Shown here: piece after piece, positions 1-13,255 of the stretch
Position numbering within the stretch: the first letter of the stretch is position 1
Layout: the number at the start of each line of letters is the position of its first letter
NCBI GenBank assembly: GCA_041690395.1
Contig: JAWLHJ010000001.1
Location: forward strand, 480,001 to 544,000
Reading direction: 5' to 3'
DNA length: 64,000 nucleotides
DNA from: Longimicrobiales bacterium
GTDB taxonomy: Bacteria; Gemmatimonadota; Gemmatimonadetes; Longimicrobiales; Gaopeijiaceae
The notes under the pieces: model-generated
What the model was told of the DNA's origin: nothing
What the model saw: only the letters and a program-made list of their open reading frames with translations
Databases searched by the model: none
Translations under genes and position numbers: made by a program

Positions 1-177
1 GGAGAAAGGGGCGCCGACGAGCGGCGTCTCAGGGGATGAACGCGGGGTCCCTTCAACATATGGGATCCCGGGCCGCGGAAACAACCGTTGTGTGGGGAGC
101 GGGGGCTCCCTCGGATGTCATCGTGGGGCGCAGCCCCAGCCCCTCAGGGTGTCGGGCTCGTTTCTTTTTCGCGGCAC

Positions 178-324
178 TTCGAAAGTCGTTCGAAAGTCGA
201 AAGAGTCGCGCTGAGCTGTGGCCGTGACCTGACAGCCGTCTCGCCGCGCCATACGGGCGTCTCGGAGCCGACGTCATCATCGTTGGTGACGGCACAGATC
301 ATTCGAACCTCGAAAGACTTACGA
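178..324 (+). repeat. Dispersed ~146-bp inverted-arm element, copy 1 (147 bp)
   Basis: Left arm TTCGAAAGTCGTTCGAAAGTCGAAAGA (178-204); right arm GATCATTCGAACCTCGAAAGACTTACGA (297-324); core motif CCGCGCCATACGG...GCCGACGT shared with other copies. Confidence 0.92.
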
Positions 325-338
325 GGACGCGAAACAAG

Positions 339-749
339 ATGCATCTCCCTCCGACCCATCCTCCGACCCAACCCTCGAAAAATCCGTTCGCCGGGCCCTT
401 CGACGCCGGCATCGACCCGGAGGAGCTCGATGGCGCCTGGCGCCTCGTCACGAGCGCGGCCCGGCGGCTCGACCGGATCGCGACGCGGGAGGGTTGGCCG
501 GCGCCCTTCGCCCCCGCGCGCTACCTCGTCCTGGTGCAGCTCGCCGGCGCCACGTCGTACGGGCTCTCCCCCGGCCAGCTGGCGCGCTCGCTCGGCATGA
601 GCCCCTCCACCCTGGCCCACCACCTCGACGCGCTGGAACGCGCGGGCCTCGTCCACCGCGTGCGCGGGACCCTCTACGACCGGCGGAAAGTGGCCGTGCG
701 CCTGACGCACACGGGCCACCACGCGCTCGACCGCTTCACGCGCGGCTGA
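339..749 (+). CDS. MarR-family winged-helix transcriptional regulator
   Basis: 136 aa; LSPGQLARSLGMSPSTLAHHLDALERAGLV...DRRKVAVRLT is a typical MarR wHTH with the DRR wing motif. Confidence 0.85.
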   Translation: MHLPPTHPPTQPSKNPFAGPFDAGIDPEELDGAWRLVTSAARRLDRIATREGWPAPFAPARYLVLVQLAGATSYGLSPGQLARSLGMSPSTLAHHLDALERAGLVHRVRGTLYDRRKVAVRLTHTGHHALDRFTRG

Positions 750-798
750 CGCACCCCGGCTGTCCGCGCCCGCCGCCCGCGGGCGGCGACCCGCAGCC

Positions 799-1533
799 TT
801 ACTTCCTGTCCAGGTAGTTCCCGATCTCCCACCCGATCGCCGCCAGCAGCTTCGCCTCGCGCTGGTCGGGCTCGGCCCGGGTGATGAGCGTGCGGATCGT
901 CCGCATGACCGCCTCGGGCTTCCGAGCCTTGTAGAACTCGATGCGGGCGAGGCCGTCGCCGAGGGCGTCGAACGTCTGCTCGAGCTCGGCGTGCGTGGGC
1001 GGGCGGGTGGCGCGGCGTCCCTTGGGCAGCTCGTCGAGCCCGCCCTCGGCCGCGAGGAACGTTTCGTAGGCGATGACGAGGCAGGCCTGGGCGAGGTTCA
1101 GGCTCGAGTACTCGGGATCCGTCGGGATGATGGCCACCTGGTGGCACATGTCGAGCTCGGCGTTCGTGAGCCCGCGGTCCTCACGGCCGAACACGATGGC
1201 GACCAGACCGTCCGCGGTGCGCCCGACGATCTCGGGGGCGACGCGGCGCGGCTCGGTATAGCTGCGCCCCGCCGTCCGGGCCCGCGCGGTCGTCCCCACC
1301 ACGAACGAGACATCGGCCAGCGCATCGGCCAGCGTCTCGTGCTGCGTCGTCGCCTCGATGAGCGGCATGCTCCGGTGCGCGATCCCCTCCATGCGGTAGG
1401 GGTCGAAGTCGTCGGGCTCGACGAGGCGGAGCTTGGAGAGGCCGAAGTTCATCATCACCCGCAGGACGCCGGCGATGTTGACGACGTCCTTGGGGTGGTC
1501 GAGGACGACGACGACCTGGTCGAGCGGGCTCAC
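799..1533 (-). CDS. TrmJ/LasT-family SPOUT RNA methyltransferase
   Basis: NIAGVLRVMMNFG, VFGREDRGLTNAEL and YSSLNLAQA SPOUT motifs. Confidence 0.9.
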   Translation of the reverse strand: MSPLDQVVVVLDHPKDVVNIAGVLRVMMNFGLSKLRLVEPDDFDPYRMEGIAHRSMPLIEATTQHETLADALADVSFVVGTTARARTAGRSYTEPRRVAPEIVGRTADGLVAIVFGREDRGLTNAELDMCHQVAIIPTDPEYSSLNLAQACLVIAYETFLAAEGGLDELPKGRRATRPPTHAELEQTFDALGDGLARIEFYKARKPEAVMRTIRTLITRAEPDQREAKLLAAIGWEIGNYLDRK

Positions 1534-1760
1534 CCGTTCCGGTCGGTGTCCGTGGTGTGGGCCTCCGCCGACTCCTCGTCCTCCTCGGACTCGGAGGGCT
1601 TGCCGAGCTCACCCTTGAAATTACGGATGCCGCTTCCGAGGCCGCGCGCGAGGCCGGGGAGCTTCTTCGCGCCGAACAGCATGACGAGGATGCCGAACAG
1701 CAGCACCATCTCCATGGGGCCGAAGGTGACGAGCGCGAGCGCGGGCTCGGGATAGGTCAT
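1530..1760 (-). CDS. tatA: Twin-arginine translocase TatA/E subunit
   Basis: TM segment followed by LFGAKKLPGLARGLGSGIRNFK and an acidic tail. Confidence 0.9.
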   Translation of the reverse strand: MTYPEPALALVTFGPMEMVLLFGILVMLFGAKKLPGLARGLGSGIRNFKGELGKPSESEEDEESAEAHTTDTDRNG

Positions 1761-2923
1761 TTCATCAGCGCCTTTGCGATGGTCTGCTTCTGCATGTTCG
1801 AGGTGCCCTCGTAGATCGTGCCGATCTTGGCGTCACGATAGAGCTTCTCGACGGGGTACTCCTTCGTGAAGCCGTACCCGCCGTGCAGATCGATACACGT
1901 GGAGGTGACCCTCTGTGCCGCCTCGCTCGCGAACAGCTTGGCCATGGCGGCCTGGTGGAGGAACGGCTGGCCGGCATCCTTCAGGCGCGCGGCGTTGTAC
2001 ACGAGCAGGCGGGCGGCCTCGATCTCGGTGGCCATCTCGGCGAGCTGGAACTGCACGCCCTGGAACGATCCGATCTGGCGGCCGAACTGCTCGCGCTCCT
2101 GCACGTAGCGGATGGTGTGGTCGAGCGCGCCCTGCGCGAGCCCGACGACCTGCGCGCCGATACCGATGCGCCCCTCGTTCAGCGTCTCGATGGCGACCTT
2201 GTATCCCTTTCCGACCTCACCGAGCACGTTCTCGGCCGACACCCGGACATCCTCGAAAACGAGCTCCGTCGTGGACGACGCTCGGATGCCCAGCTTGTCC
2301 TCCTTCTTGCCGACCGTGAACCCGTCCTGCCCCTTCTCGACGATGAACGCGGTGATGCCGCGGTAACCGGCGTCGGCATCGACGGTGGCGAACACGATGA
2401 ACAGGCCCGCCTCGTTCCCGTTCGTGATCCAGAGCTTCTGGCCGTTGATGACCCACTCGTCGCCGTCCTGCGCGGCGCGGCACGACAGCGCGAAGGCGTC
2501 CGATCCGCTCCCGGCCTCGGACAGCGCGTACGCGCCCACGGTGTCGCTGGCGAGCTTCGGGAAGATGCGGGCCTTCTGCTCCTCGTTGCCCCACCGGAGG
2601 ATGGCGTTGATGACGAGCGTGTTCTGCACGTCCACCAGGACGCCGATGGAGGGATCGACCTTCGATAGCTCCTCGACGATGAGGACCGAGGTGAAGAAGT
2701 CCGCCCCCGTGCCGCCGTGCGCCTCCGGGATCTCGATGCCCATGAGCCCGAGCTCGAACAGCTGGTCGATGATGGCGCGGTCCATCTGCTGCGCCTCGTC
2801 CATCTGCATGACCTTCGGTGCGATCTCGGACGTCGCGAAGTCCCGGACCGCCTCCTGGAACATCTGCTCTTCTTCGGAGAGGGTGGTCAGCGCGGGCCGG
2901 GGATCGGTGAGTAGCATGGACAT
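1757..2923 (-). CDS. Acyl-CoA dehydrogenase (short/branched-chain type)
   Basis: ALSEAGSGSDA, NGQKLWITNG, HGGYGFTKEYPVEKLYRDAK, IYEGTSNMQK. Confidence 0.95.
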   Translation of the reverse strand: MSMLLTDPRPALTTLSEEEQMFQEAVRDFATSEIAPKVMQMDEAQQMDRAIIDQLFELGLMGIEIPEAHGGTGADFFTSVLIVEELSKVDPSIGVLVDVQNTLVINAILRWGNEEQKARIFPKLASDTVGAYALSEAGSGSDAFALSCRAAQDGDEWVINGQKLWITNGNEAGLFIVFATVDADAGYRGITAFIVEKGQDGFTVGKKEDKLGIRASSTTELVFEDVRVSAENVLGEVGKGYKVAIETLNEGRIGIGAQVVGLAQGALDHTIRYVQEREQFGRQIGSFQGVQFQLAEMATEIEAARLLVYNAARLKDAGQPFLHQAAMAKLFASEAAQRVTSTCIDLHGGYGFTKEYPVEKLYRDAKIGTIYEGTSNMQKQTIAKALMK

Positions 2924-3034
2924 GGCATCTCTTCGAATCTATCGGGAACCAATAATATCCGGCTCGGGGGAGGCGCGCCGGGCTCCCCCGAAGATGGTCC
3001 CGTGGAGCCCGTTGTTCCAGGGGCGCGTGCGACC

Positions 3035-3063
3035 TTGACCTTGGCCCGTCCCACCATCATCCT
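3035..3063 (+). promoter_or_regulatory. Candidate sigma70-type promoter for gcvH
   Basis: TTGACC (3035-3040)-N17-CATCCT (3058-3063), 45 bp upstream of the gcvH ATG. Confidence 0.45.
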
Positions 3064-3108
3064 CAGGACCTCGCCCCACCCGAGCGATCCCACAAGCGGA
3101 GAAGCAGC

Positions 3109-3495
3109 ATGTCCGAGATCCCCAGCGACCTCCTCTACTCCGAAGAGCACGAGTACCTGAAGCCGACGGACGAGGAAGGCGTCTACACCATGGGCGTGAC
3201 CGACTACGCCCAGGGGGAGCTCGGCGACGTGGTATTCGTGGAGCTTCCGAACCGAGGATCGTCCTTCAACAAGATGGACGTGTTCGGAACGATCGAGGCC
3301 GTGAAGGCGGTGAGCGATCTGTACTGTCCGGTGCAGGGCGAGATCGTGGCGGTGAACGAGGCGCTCGAGGACGACCCGTCGCTCGTGAACTCGGACCCGT
3401 ACGGCGAGGGGTGGATGGTGCGGCTGAAGGTGGCCAACCCCGCGGAGCTCGACGACCTGCTGACCGCCGACGGTTACGCCGAGCACATCGACTGA
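3109..3495 (+). CDS. gcvH: Glycine cleavage system H protein
   Basis: [19 protein letters not shown], lipoyl-Lys motif [18 protein letters not shown]. Confidence 0.97.
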   Translation: MSEIPSDLLYSEEHEYLKPTDEEGVYTMGVTDYAQGELGDVVFVELPNRGSSFNKMDVFGTIEAVKAVSDLYCPVQGEIVAVNEALEDDPSLVNSDPYGEGWMVRLKVANPAELDDLLTADGYAEHID

Positions 3496-3505
3496 GGCTC
3501 CCCAC

Positions 3506-6375
<2,870 letters not shown>

Positions 6376-6379
<4 letters not shown>

Positions 6380-7146
6380 GCGCGCCGCGCGAGTGGCGGC
6401 TCCACCGGGACGGCCCCGCGTCGGGCCCCCGCAACATGGCGCTCGACCACGCCCTCGCAGAGACGCTCGACGACGGCGTGGCGGTGCTCCGGCTGTACGA
6501 GTGGACGGAGCCGACCGTGTCGTTCGGGCGGAACGAGCCGGCGCGGGAGCGGTGGGGGCCCGCGACCGACGGGCGGGTCGCGGGCGCCGAGCCCGCCTTC
6601 CGCTTCGTGCGCCGCCCCACGGGAGGGCGGGCTGTCCTCCACCGCGCCGAGCTCACCTACGCCGCCGTGCTCCCCGACCGCGCGTTCGGCGGCCCCCGCG
6701 GCGCCTACGCTGCGGTCAACCAGGCGCTCGTCGAGGGGCTCGGCCTTCTGGGTGTCCAGGTGGCCCTGGCAGGTACCTCTCCGGCCCTCCGCCCCGACGC
6801 GGGCCCGTGCTTCGACACCCCCGCGGAAGGCGAGGTCGTTCTGGAGGGCGGAAAGCTCGTGGGTAGCGCTCAGGCCCGCTTGGACGGAGCTTTGTTGCAG
6901 CACGGCGCGATCCTGATCGAGGACGACCAGGGCGCGCTGGGCTCGGGCTCGGCCGCCCGCCCGCTTCGCCGTCACCTCGAATCAGTGACGGTCGCGGACG
7001 TGCGTGACGCCGTGGAGCGGGGCTTCCGGACGCGGTTCGCCGACGCTCGTTGGCGCGAGGCGGATCACGACGCGCGCGTGCTCGAGGCCGCGGCGCGGTG
7101 GGAGTCCGAGCGGTACGACGACGAAGGGTGGACCTGGCGGCGCTGA
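6376..7146 (+). CDS. Lipoate-protein ligase A / LipM-family octanoyltransferase
   Basis: [35 protein letters not shown] start overlaps the gcvP stop (GTGA). Confidence 0.88.
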
Positions 7147-7160
7147 GGAGGCGCATTCCG

Positions 7161-8867
7161 ATGAAGAAGCTTCTGGCTCTGGGACTCGTGGGCGCGGCCG
7201 CCGCGTGCGGGGGAGACGACTCCGGCCGCGTGACCTTCTCCGACCCGTTCTGCGCCGACGTCATGCCGCGCGTGCAGGACTGGGTGGACCAGCAGCGCGA
7301 GGCCAACCCGGTGCCGGACGATCCGCGCTACGGCGGGACGGTGGTGGCCGGGGCGATCGGCGAGATCGCTGACGGGCTCAACGCCGCCGTCACCTCGGAT
7401 TACTCGTCGTCCCAGCACCAGATGTTCGTGGGGCTGATGACGCTCATCGAGTACGACGCGGACATCCAGGCGCAGCCGTACCTGGCGGAGTCGTGGGAGG
7501 TGTCCGAGGACGGCACCGAGCTGACCTTCCGGCTCCGGGACGACATCTACTGGCACGACGGCGAACGCACCGACGCGCACGACGTGGCGTTCACGTATCG
7601 CACCGTGACCAACCCCGAGACCGCCTTCCCGAACGCCGCGTTCTGGGACTACTACGTACGCGGCCCCGAGGGCGTCGAGGTGATCGACGACTTCACCGTT
7701 CGCATCCGGCTCCAGCCGCACTCGGAGTTCCTGAACGCCTGGTCGACGGTGGCCATCCTGCCCGAGCATCTGCTGGGCGACGTGCCGCCGGCCGAGCTCC
7801 GCCAGCACCCGTACGGCAGCGTGTGCCCCGTCGGGAACGGCCCGTTCGTCTTCGTCTCGCACGCGGCGCAGGACCGGTGGGTGTTCGACGCCAACCCGGC
7901 GTTCCCGGAGGGGACGGGCGGCCGCCCGTTCGTGGACCGCTACATCTACCGCGTCATCCCCGAGCCGACCACGCTCCTGACTGAGCTGCTCACCGAGAAC
8001 ATCGACGTCTACTTCGCCCCGACGCCCGACCAGGCGCCGCGCATCCAGGAGGCCGAGCACCTCGAGTTCCAGACGTTCACGTTCCGGAACTACGTGATGG
8101 TGGTGTGGAACTCCAGGCGACCCCAGCTGGCCGACGCGCGGGTGCGCCAGGCGCTGACCATGGGGACGAACCGTCAGGAGGTCGTGGACGCGATCCTGCG
8201 GGGATACGGCGCAGTGGCGCACACGAGCGTGCCGCCCTTCCACTGGGCGTACGATCCGGAGATCGAGAGCCTTCCGTACGATCCGGAAGGGGCCGCCGCG
8301 CTCCTCGAGGAGGCCGGGTGGGTGGACCGGGACGGGGACGGCGTGCGCGAGAATGCAGACGGAGTGCCCCTCTCCATCACTGTGAAGTACAACCAGGGGA
8401 ACCAGATCCGGCAGGACATCGCCGAGATCATGCAGGCCCAGCTCGCCGGCATCGGGGTCGAGATCGAGCCCCTGGTCGTGGAGTGGGGGACGCTCCTGCA
8501 GCAGATCAACACGCCGGAGCTCCGCGACTTCGACGGCGTGGTCATGGGATGGGTGACCGAGTTCCGGCTCGACGACACCGACCTCTTCCACTCGGGGCGC
8601 ATCGACCAGCCGTACGCATGGTCGGGCACGCAGAACCCCGAGCTCGACCGGCTTCTCGACCGCCTGGCCGTCACCCTCGACCGTGATGAAGCGGCGCCGC
8701 TGTGGGCCGAGTACCAGGACGCGCTCATCGAGGAGCAGCCCTACACGTTCTTCTACTTCATCGAGCGGCTCGACGGCTGGAACCGCCGCGTCGAGAACGT
8801 GGTGATGGATCAGCGCGGCGAGTGGGTGAACATCCGCGACTGGTACATCGACCCGGCGTCACGATGA
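7161..8867 (+). CDS. Peptide ABC transporter substrate-binding lipoprotein (OppA/DppA family)
   Basis: Lipobox signal MKKLLALGLVGAAAAC; LAESWEVSEDG...FRLRDDIYWHDGE; RBS GAGGAGG. Confidence 0.92.
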   Translation: MKKLLALGLVGAAAACGGDDSGRVTFSDPFCADVMPRVQDWVDQQREANPVPDDPRYGGTVVAGAIGEIADGLNAAVTSDYSSSQHQMFVGLMTLIEYDADIQAQPYLAESWEVSEDGTELTFRLRDDIYWHDGERTDAHDVAFTYRTVTNPETAFPNAAFWDYYVRGPEGVEVIDDFTVRIRLQPHSEFLNAWSTVAILPEHLLGDVPPAELRQHPYGSVCPVGNGPFVFVSHAAQDRWVFDANPAFPEGTGGRPFVDRYIYRVIPEPTTLLTELLTENIDVYFAPTPDQAPRIQEAEHLEFQTFTFRNYVMVVWNSRRPQLADARVRQALTMGTNRQEVVDAILRGYGAVAHTSVPPFHWAYDPEIESLPYDPEGAAALLEEAGWVDRDGDGVRENADGVPLSITVKYNQGNQIRQDIAEIMQAQLAGIGVEIEPLVVEWGTLLQQINTPELRDFDGVVMGWVTEFRLDDTDLFHSGRIDQPYAWSGTQNPELDRLLDRLAVTLDRDEAAPLWAEYQDALIEEQPYTFFYFIERLDGWNRRVENVVMDQRGEWVNIRDWYIDPASR

Positions 8868-8939
8868 GCCGGCCGGGCGGGTCGCGACTGCCGTGGCCGC
8901 CCGCGCCGTCGCGGGGCTGAGCGCCCGCCGGGGCCCTTC

Positions 8940-9926
8940 GTGACCCGTTACGTCGTCCGCCGGCTCCTCGGAGCCGTGCCGCTCGTGCTGGGCATCGCCA
9001 CGATCATCTTCTTCGTGGTGAACGCCGCGCCGGGTGACCCCACGCTCTACATGATGGCTCCGGGGATGAGCTCCGAGGTCGTGGAGCAGCTCCGGGTGAA
9101 TTACGGGCTCGACCAGCCCGTGCACGTGCGGTACGTGAAGTGGGTCGGCGCCATGCTCACCGGGGACTTCGGCTACTCGTTCTCGTACAACAGGCCGGTG
9201 CTGGACGTCCTCATGGACTTCCTCCCCAATACGCTCGTGCTGTCCGCGTGCGCGCTGGGCCTCGCCTTCCTGGTCGGGATCGTGCTCGGGACCATCCAGG
9301 CCGTGAAGCAGTACTCGGGCCTCGACTCCGCGCTCAGCGTCGTCCTGCTGTTCTTCTACTCGATGCCGTCGTTCTGGCTCGCCCTCATGCTGATCCTGAC
9401 GTTCAGCCTGATGGCGCGTAACGTGTGGGACTGGCCGATCTACTTCCCCGCGTCGGGGATCACGAGCACCGGCCACGACTTCATGGGGCCGTGGGAGCAG
9501 GTGGCGGATCGCGCGCGGCATCTGGTGCTGCCGACCCTCTCGCTCGCGCTGGTGCTGGCGGCCGGGATCGCGCGTTACATGCGCGGCAGCATGCTGGAGG
9601 TGATCCGGCAGGACTTCGTGCGGACGGCCCGCGCGAAGGGGCTGCCCGAGCGGACGGTCGTGTTCAAGCACGCGCTCCGGAACGCGCTCATTCCGGTGAT
9701 CACACTGGTGGGGCTCTACATCCCGGTGCTGTTCAGCGGCACGGTGTTCGTCGAGTACATCTTCGCGTGGCCGGGGATGGGGCGCGCGATCGTCGAAGCG
9801 ATCACGCGCCGCGACTATCCGCTCGTGATGGCGGCGTCGTTCTTCTTCGCGACCATGGTGGTGCTGGCCAACCTCCTCGCCGACGTGCTGTATGCGGTGG
9901 TGGACCCGAGGATCCGGTATGAGTAG
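8940..9926 (+). CDS. Peptide ABC transporter permease (OppB/DppB)
   Basis: YGLDQPVHVRYVKW, EAA-like motif DFVRTARAKGL, ends DPRIRYE. Confidence 0.93.
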   Translation: MTRYVVRRLLGAVPLVLGIATIIFFVVNAAPGDPTLYMMAPGMSSEVVEQLRVNYGLDQPVHVRYVKWVGAMLTGDFGYSFSYNRPVLDVLMDFLPNTLVLSACALGLAFLVGIVLGTIQAVKQYSGLDSALSVVLLFFYSMPSFWLALMLILTFSLMARNVWDWPIYFPASGITSTGHDFMGPWEQVADRARHLVLPTLSLALVLAAGIARYMRGSMLEVIRQDFVRTARAKGLPERTVVFKHALRNALIPVITLVGLYIPVLFSGTVFVEYIFAWPGMGRAIVEAITRRDYPLVMAASFFFATMVVLANLLADVLYAVVDPRIRYE

Positions 9927-11085
9927 GGGGGGCGCGATGGTCGGCGACCCCGTGACGGCCGGCCCCCGGCGCCGCGTGGTCGGCGGGCGCGGGCTCTCCG
10001 CGGTGTTGCCCGGCGCGCCCCAGCTTCTCGCGGGGCGGTGGGGGGTGGGGGCGGCGGCGCTGCTGGCCTGGGTCGGTTTCCTGTGGCTACTGGTGGCACG
10101 CTGGGACCGGGTGTGGGCGGGCGCCGGCGGCCCCTGGGACGAGCGGCTCGCCGTGGCCACCGTGGTGCTCGGGCTCGCGGGTGCGTGGGTCTGGTCGTGG
10201 CGCGACGCGGGCCAGCCCCTCGCCGGGCGAGCCGTCGCGGTGAGCCAGTGGGACCTGGCCGTGCGCGCGTTCTCCAGGAACCGGACCGCGGTGGCCGGGC
10301 TGATCGTGATCGGCGGATTATATGCGCTTGCCCTGGTCACACCCCTCGTCGCCCCCTACGACCCGCTCGCGCAGGGCGACCTGATGACCGAGCGGTACGT
10401 CGGGCTCTCGGCCGCGCACCCGCTCGGCACGGACCAGTTCGCGCGGGACGTGCTGTCGCGTCTTCTCTACGGAGCGCGCATCTCGCTCTCGATCGGGTTC
10501 GTGGCGGTCGCCATCAGCGTGACCATCGGAACGCTGCTCGGGGCGGTGGCGGGTTACCTCGGCGGCCTCGCGGACACCGTCATCATGCGCTTCGTCGACA
10601 TGGTGATCTCGTTCCCGCGGCTGATCCTCCTCATCACGATCATCGCGCTCTTCCAGCCGTCGATCTTTCTGATCACGGCGGTGCTGGGGCTCACGCTCTG
10701 GCCGAGCACTGCGCGTATCGTGCGGGGCGAAGTATTGAGCCTCCGGGAGCGTGAGTTCGTGCAGGCGGCCGTCGCGCTCGGCTATTCCAAGACGCGCATC
10801 ATCTTCAAGCATCTGATCCCCAACGCGCTGGCCCCGGTGATCGTCGCCGCGACGCTCGGCATCGGGAACACGATCGTGCTCGAGGCGGGCCTCTCGTTCC
10901 TGGGACTCGGCGTGCAGCCGCCGACACCGTCGTGGGGGACGATGGTCGACGCGGGCCGGGGCGTTCTGCTCGACGCCTGGTGGCTGTCGACGTTCCCGGG
11001 GCTGGCGATCGTGTTCACGGTGCTGTCGTTCAACTTGGTGGGCGACGGGCTGCGCGACGCGCTCGATCCGAGGCTGCGGTCATGA
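9919..11085 (+). CDS. Peptide ABC transporter permease (OppC/DppC) with extra N-terminal TM segments
   Basis: [51 protein letters not shown]. Confidence 0.93.
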   Translation: MSRGGAMVGDPVTAGPRRRVVGGRGLSAVLPGAPQLLAGRWGVGAAALLAWVGFLWLLVARWDRVWAGAGGPWDERLAVATVVLGLAGAWVWSWRDAGQPLAGRAVAVSQWDLAVRAFSRNRTAVAGLIVIGGLYALALVTPLVAPYDPLAQGDLMTERYVGLSAAHPLGTDQFARDVLSRLLYGARISLSIGFVAVAISVTIGTLLGAVAGYLGGLADTVIMRFVDMVISFPRLILLITIIALFQPSIFLITAVLGLTLWPSTARIVRGEVLSLREREFVQAAVALGYSKTRIIFKHLIPNALAPVIVAATLGIGNTIVLEAGLSFLGLGVQPPTPSWGTMVDAGRGVLLDAWWLSTFPGLAIVFTVLSFNLVGDGLRDALDPRLRS

Positions 11086-12119
11086 GCGGGGGCGAGACGG
11101 CCACGGCGGGCGGGCCGGAGCGGCCCCCCGCGCTCCTCGAGGTCACGGGGCTCCGCACCTGGTTCGACACCGACCAGGGCACGGCGCGGGCCGTGGACGG
11201 CGTCACGTTCGACGTGCGGGCCGGAGAGACGGTCGGCATCGTCGGCGAGTCGGGGTGCGGCAAGACGGTCACGTCGCTGTCCGTGCTGGGGCTCCTCCCG
11301 ACGCCCCCGGCGCGCGTGCTCGACGGGAGCTCCATCCGCTTCCGGGGCGAGGAGCTGGTGGGCGCGACGGCGCGTAGGCTGCGTGCTATTCGAGGCAACG
11401 AGATCTCGATGATCTTCCAGGAGCCGATGAGCTCGCTGAACCCGGTCTATCCGATCGGCGACCAGATCGGCGAGACGCTCCGGCTGCACCGTGGTATGAG
11501 CCGCAGGGAAGCGCGCACGGAAGCCGTGCGGCTGCTTGACGAGGTGGGCATCGCCGGGGCGGAGCGCCGGGTCGACGAGTATCCGCACGAGCTCTCGGGC
11601 GGCATGCGGCAGAGGGTGATGATCGCGATGGCGCTTTCGTGCGCGCCCGACCTCCTCATCGCGGACGAGCCGACGACCGCGCTCGACGTGACGATCCAGG
11701 CGCAGATCCTCGAGCTGCTGGCGGCGCTGCGCGCGAGCCGGGGGATGGCCGTGCTGCTCATCACGCACGACCTGGGCGTCGTAGCCGAGGTGTGCGACCG
11801 CGTGGTGGTCATGTACGCGGGCCAGGTGGTCGAGCGCGGTACCGTCGAGGAGATCTTCGCCGACCCGCGGCACCCTTACACGCGCGGGCTGCTCGATTCG
11901 CTGCCGTCCGTGGACGAGCCCGGCCGACGCCTCGTGCCGATCCCGGGCACCGTCCCCGCTCCGACCGACTGGCCGGATGGGTGCCGCTTCCGGGCGCGCT
12001 GCCCGCTGGCCGAAGAGCGGTGCGGGGAGCCGCAGGACCTGGTGGGGCTCGGTCGCGAGGACCGGGCGGCGCGGTGCTGGAAGGCGCCCGCGGTGGGCGC
12101 GGGGCGGGAGCGGCCGTGA
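11082..12119 (+). CDS. Peptide ABC transporter ATP-binding protein (OppD/DppD)
   Basis: [27 protein letters not shown]-terminal Cys cluster; ATG overlaps the upstream stop. Confidence 0.95.
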   Translation: MSGGETATAGGPERPPALLEVTGLRTWFDTDQGTARAVDGVTFDVRAGETVGIVGESGCGKTVTSLSVLGLLPTPPARVLDGSSIRFRGEELVGATARRLRAIRGNEISMIFQEPMSSLNPVYPIGDQIGETLRLHRGMSRREARTEAVRLLDEVGIAGAERRVDEYPHELSGGMRQRVMIAMALSCAPDLLIADEPTTALDVTIQAQILELLAALRASRGMAVLLITHDLGVVAEVCDRVVVMYAGQVVERGTVEEIFADPRHPYTRGLLDSLPSVDEPGRRLVPIPGTVPAPTDWPDGCRFRARCPLAEERCGEPQDLVGLGREDRAARCWKAPAVGAGRERP

Positions 12120-13129
12120 GCGAGGCGCCGCCCGCGGCCGCCGAGCCGCTCCTCCAGGTCCGCCGGCTGAAGACAGGGTTCCCGGTGCGGGGGGGCGCGC
12201 TGGGCCGCTCCGGGGCCGTCCTGAAGGCCGTGGACGGCGTCGACTTCGAGATCCGTCGGGGGGAGACGCTCGGCCTCGTCGGCGAGTCGGGGTGCGGCAA
12301 GTCCACGACGGGCCGGTCGATCCTGAGGCTCATCGAGCCCGACGAAGGGGAGATCCGCTTCGACGGGATGGACGTGCGCGCGCTCGACCGCAAGGAGCTC
12401 AGGCGCTTCCGCAGGCGCGCCCAGATCGTCTTCCAGGACCCCTACGGGTCGCTGAACCCGAGGCTGTCGGTCGGTGCGATGCTCGAGGAGGTGCTGCGCG
12501 TGCACGGGCTGGGCTGGGCGGACCGGCGCGGGCGGGTGGTGGAGCTGCTGGAGCGGGTCGGGCTGCGACCGGAGCACGTGGACCGGTATCCGCACGAGTT
12601 CAGCGGCGGTCAGAGGCAGCGGCTCGGCATCGCGCGGGCGCTGTCCGTGGAGCCCGAGCTACTCGTGCTCGACGAGCCGGTGAGCGCGCTCGACGTGTCG
12701 GTCCAGGCGCAGGTGGTGAACCTCCTCGAGGATCTCCAGCGTGACCTCGGACTCACGTATCTGTTCATCGCCCACGACCTCGCGCTGGTGGAGCACGTGA
12801 GTGACCGGGTCGCCGTCATGTACCTGGGCCGCATCGTGGAGAACGCTCCCGCGGATCGGCTCTACCGGGATCCGCGACACCCGTACACGCGCGCGCTCCT
12901 TTCGGCGGTACCACGCCCCGATCCGATCGGTCGTGCGCAGCGGACGCGCATCGTTCTGGGGGGAGATGTGCCCAGCCCGATCTCGCCTCCGAGCGGCTGT
13001 CCGTTCCACCCCAGATGCCCGCATCCCGCCAAGGACGAGACGTGTTCTTCGCTCCGTCCGGCGCTGGAGGAGAAGGTCGCCGGACACGTCGCGGCCTGTC
13101 ACAAGGCGGCCCTCGGGCCCGGGAAGTGA
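12116..13129 (+). CDS. Peptide ABC transporter ATP-binding protein (OppF/DppF)
   Basis: [36 protein letters not shown] overlaps the upstream stop. Confidence 0.95.
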   Translation: MSEAPPAAAEPLLQVRRLKTGFPVRGGALGRSGAVLKAVDGVDFEIRRGETLGLVGESGCGKSTTGRSILRLIEPDEGEIRFDGMDVRALDRKELRRFRRRAQIVFQDPYGSLNPRLSVGAMLEEVLRVHGLGWADRRGRVVELLERVGLRPEHVDRYPHEFSGGQRQRLGIARALSVEPELLVLDEPVSALDVSVQAQVVNLLEDLQRDLGLTYLFIAHDLALVEHVSDRVAVMYLGRIVENAPADRLYRDPRHPYTRALLSAVPRPDPIGRAQRTRIVLGGDVPSPISPPSGCPFHPRCPHPAKDETCSSLRPALEEKVAGHVAACHKAALGPGK

Positions 13130-13133
13130 ACCC

Positions 13134-13163
13134 TTGACACCCTCCGGGGCCTACAGCCATGTT
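13134..13163 (+). promoter_or_regulatory. Candidate sigma70-type promoter for the exbB/tolQ-like gene
   Basis: TTGACA (13134-13139)-N18-CATGTT (13158-13163). Confidence 0.4.
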
Positions 13164-13255
13164 GCGACCCTCGAAAAAAACGCGCTTCCATCAAGGGTTA
13201 ACGATGGAAGTGCAGCGTAACGTACGCTCACCAGAAACTCTCGCTGGAGGTCCCC

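Noticed and set aside
1..35. GGAGA...CGCCGA...TCTCAGG resembling a glycine riboswitch
   Set aside because: There is no room for the P2/P3 stems, the segment folds as one simple hairpin, and it is 3 kb from gcvH with oppositely oriented genes in between.
178..204. Element arm as a Gram-positive-type LexA box (TCGAAC-N4-GTTCGA)
   Set aside because: The spacing is one base short (TCGAAA-GTC-GTTCGA) and the flanking genes are not SOS genes.
178..324. Element length equals nucleosomal DNA length (146-147 bp)
   Set aside because: A numerical coincidence with no supporting evidence; no histone-like gene is in the window.
36..722. Short ORFs sharing KSFESR / FERLS / KVVRKSN peptides here and at 13948-14382, 28193-28678, 44718-44939 and 56323-56826
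   Set aside because: These are translations of the 146-bp element arms in varying frames and strands, with no common start, RBS or length. They are not a protein family.
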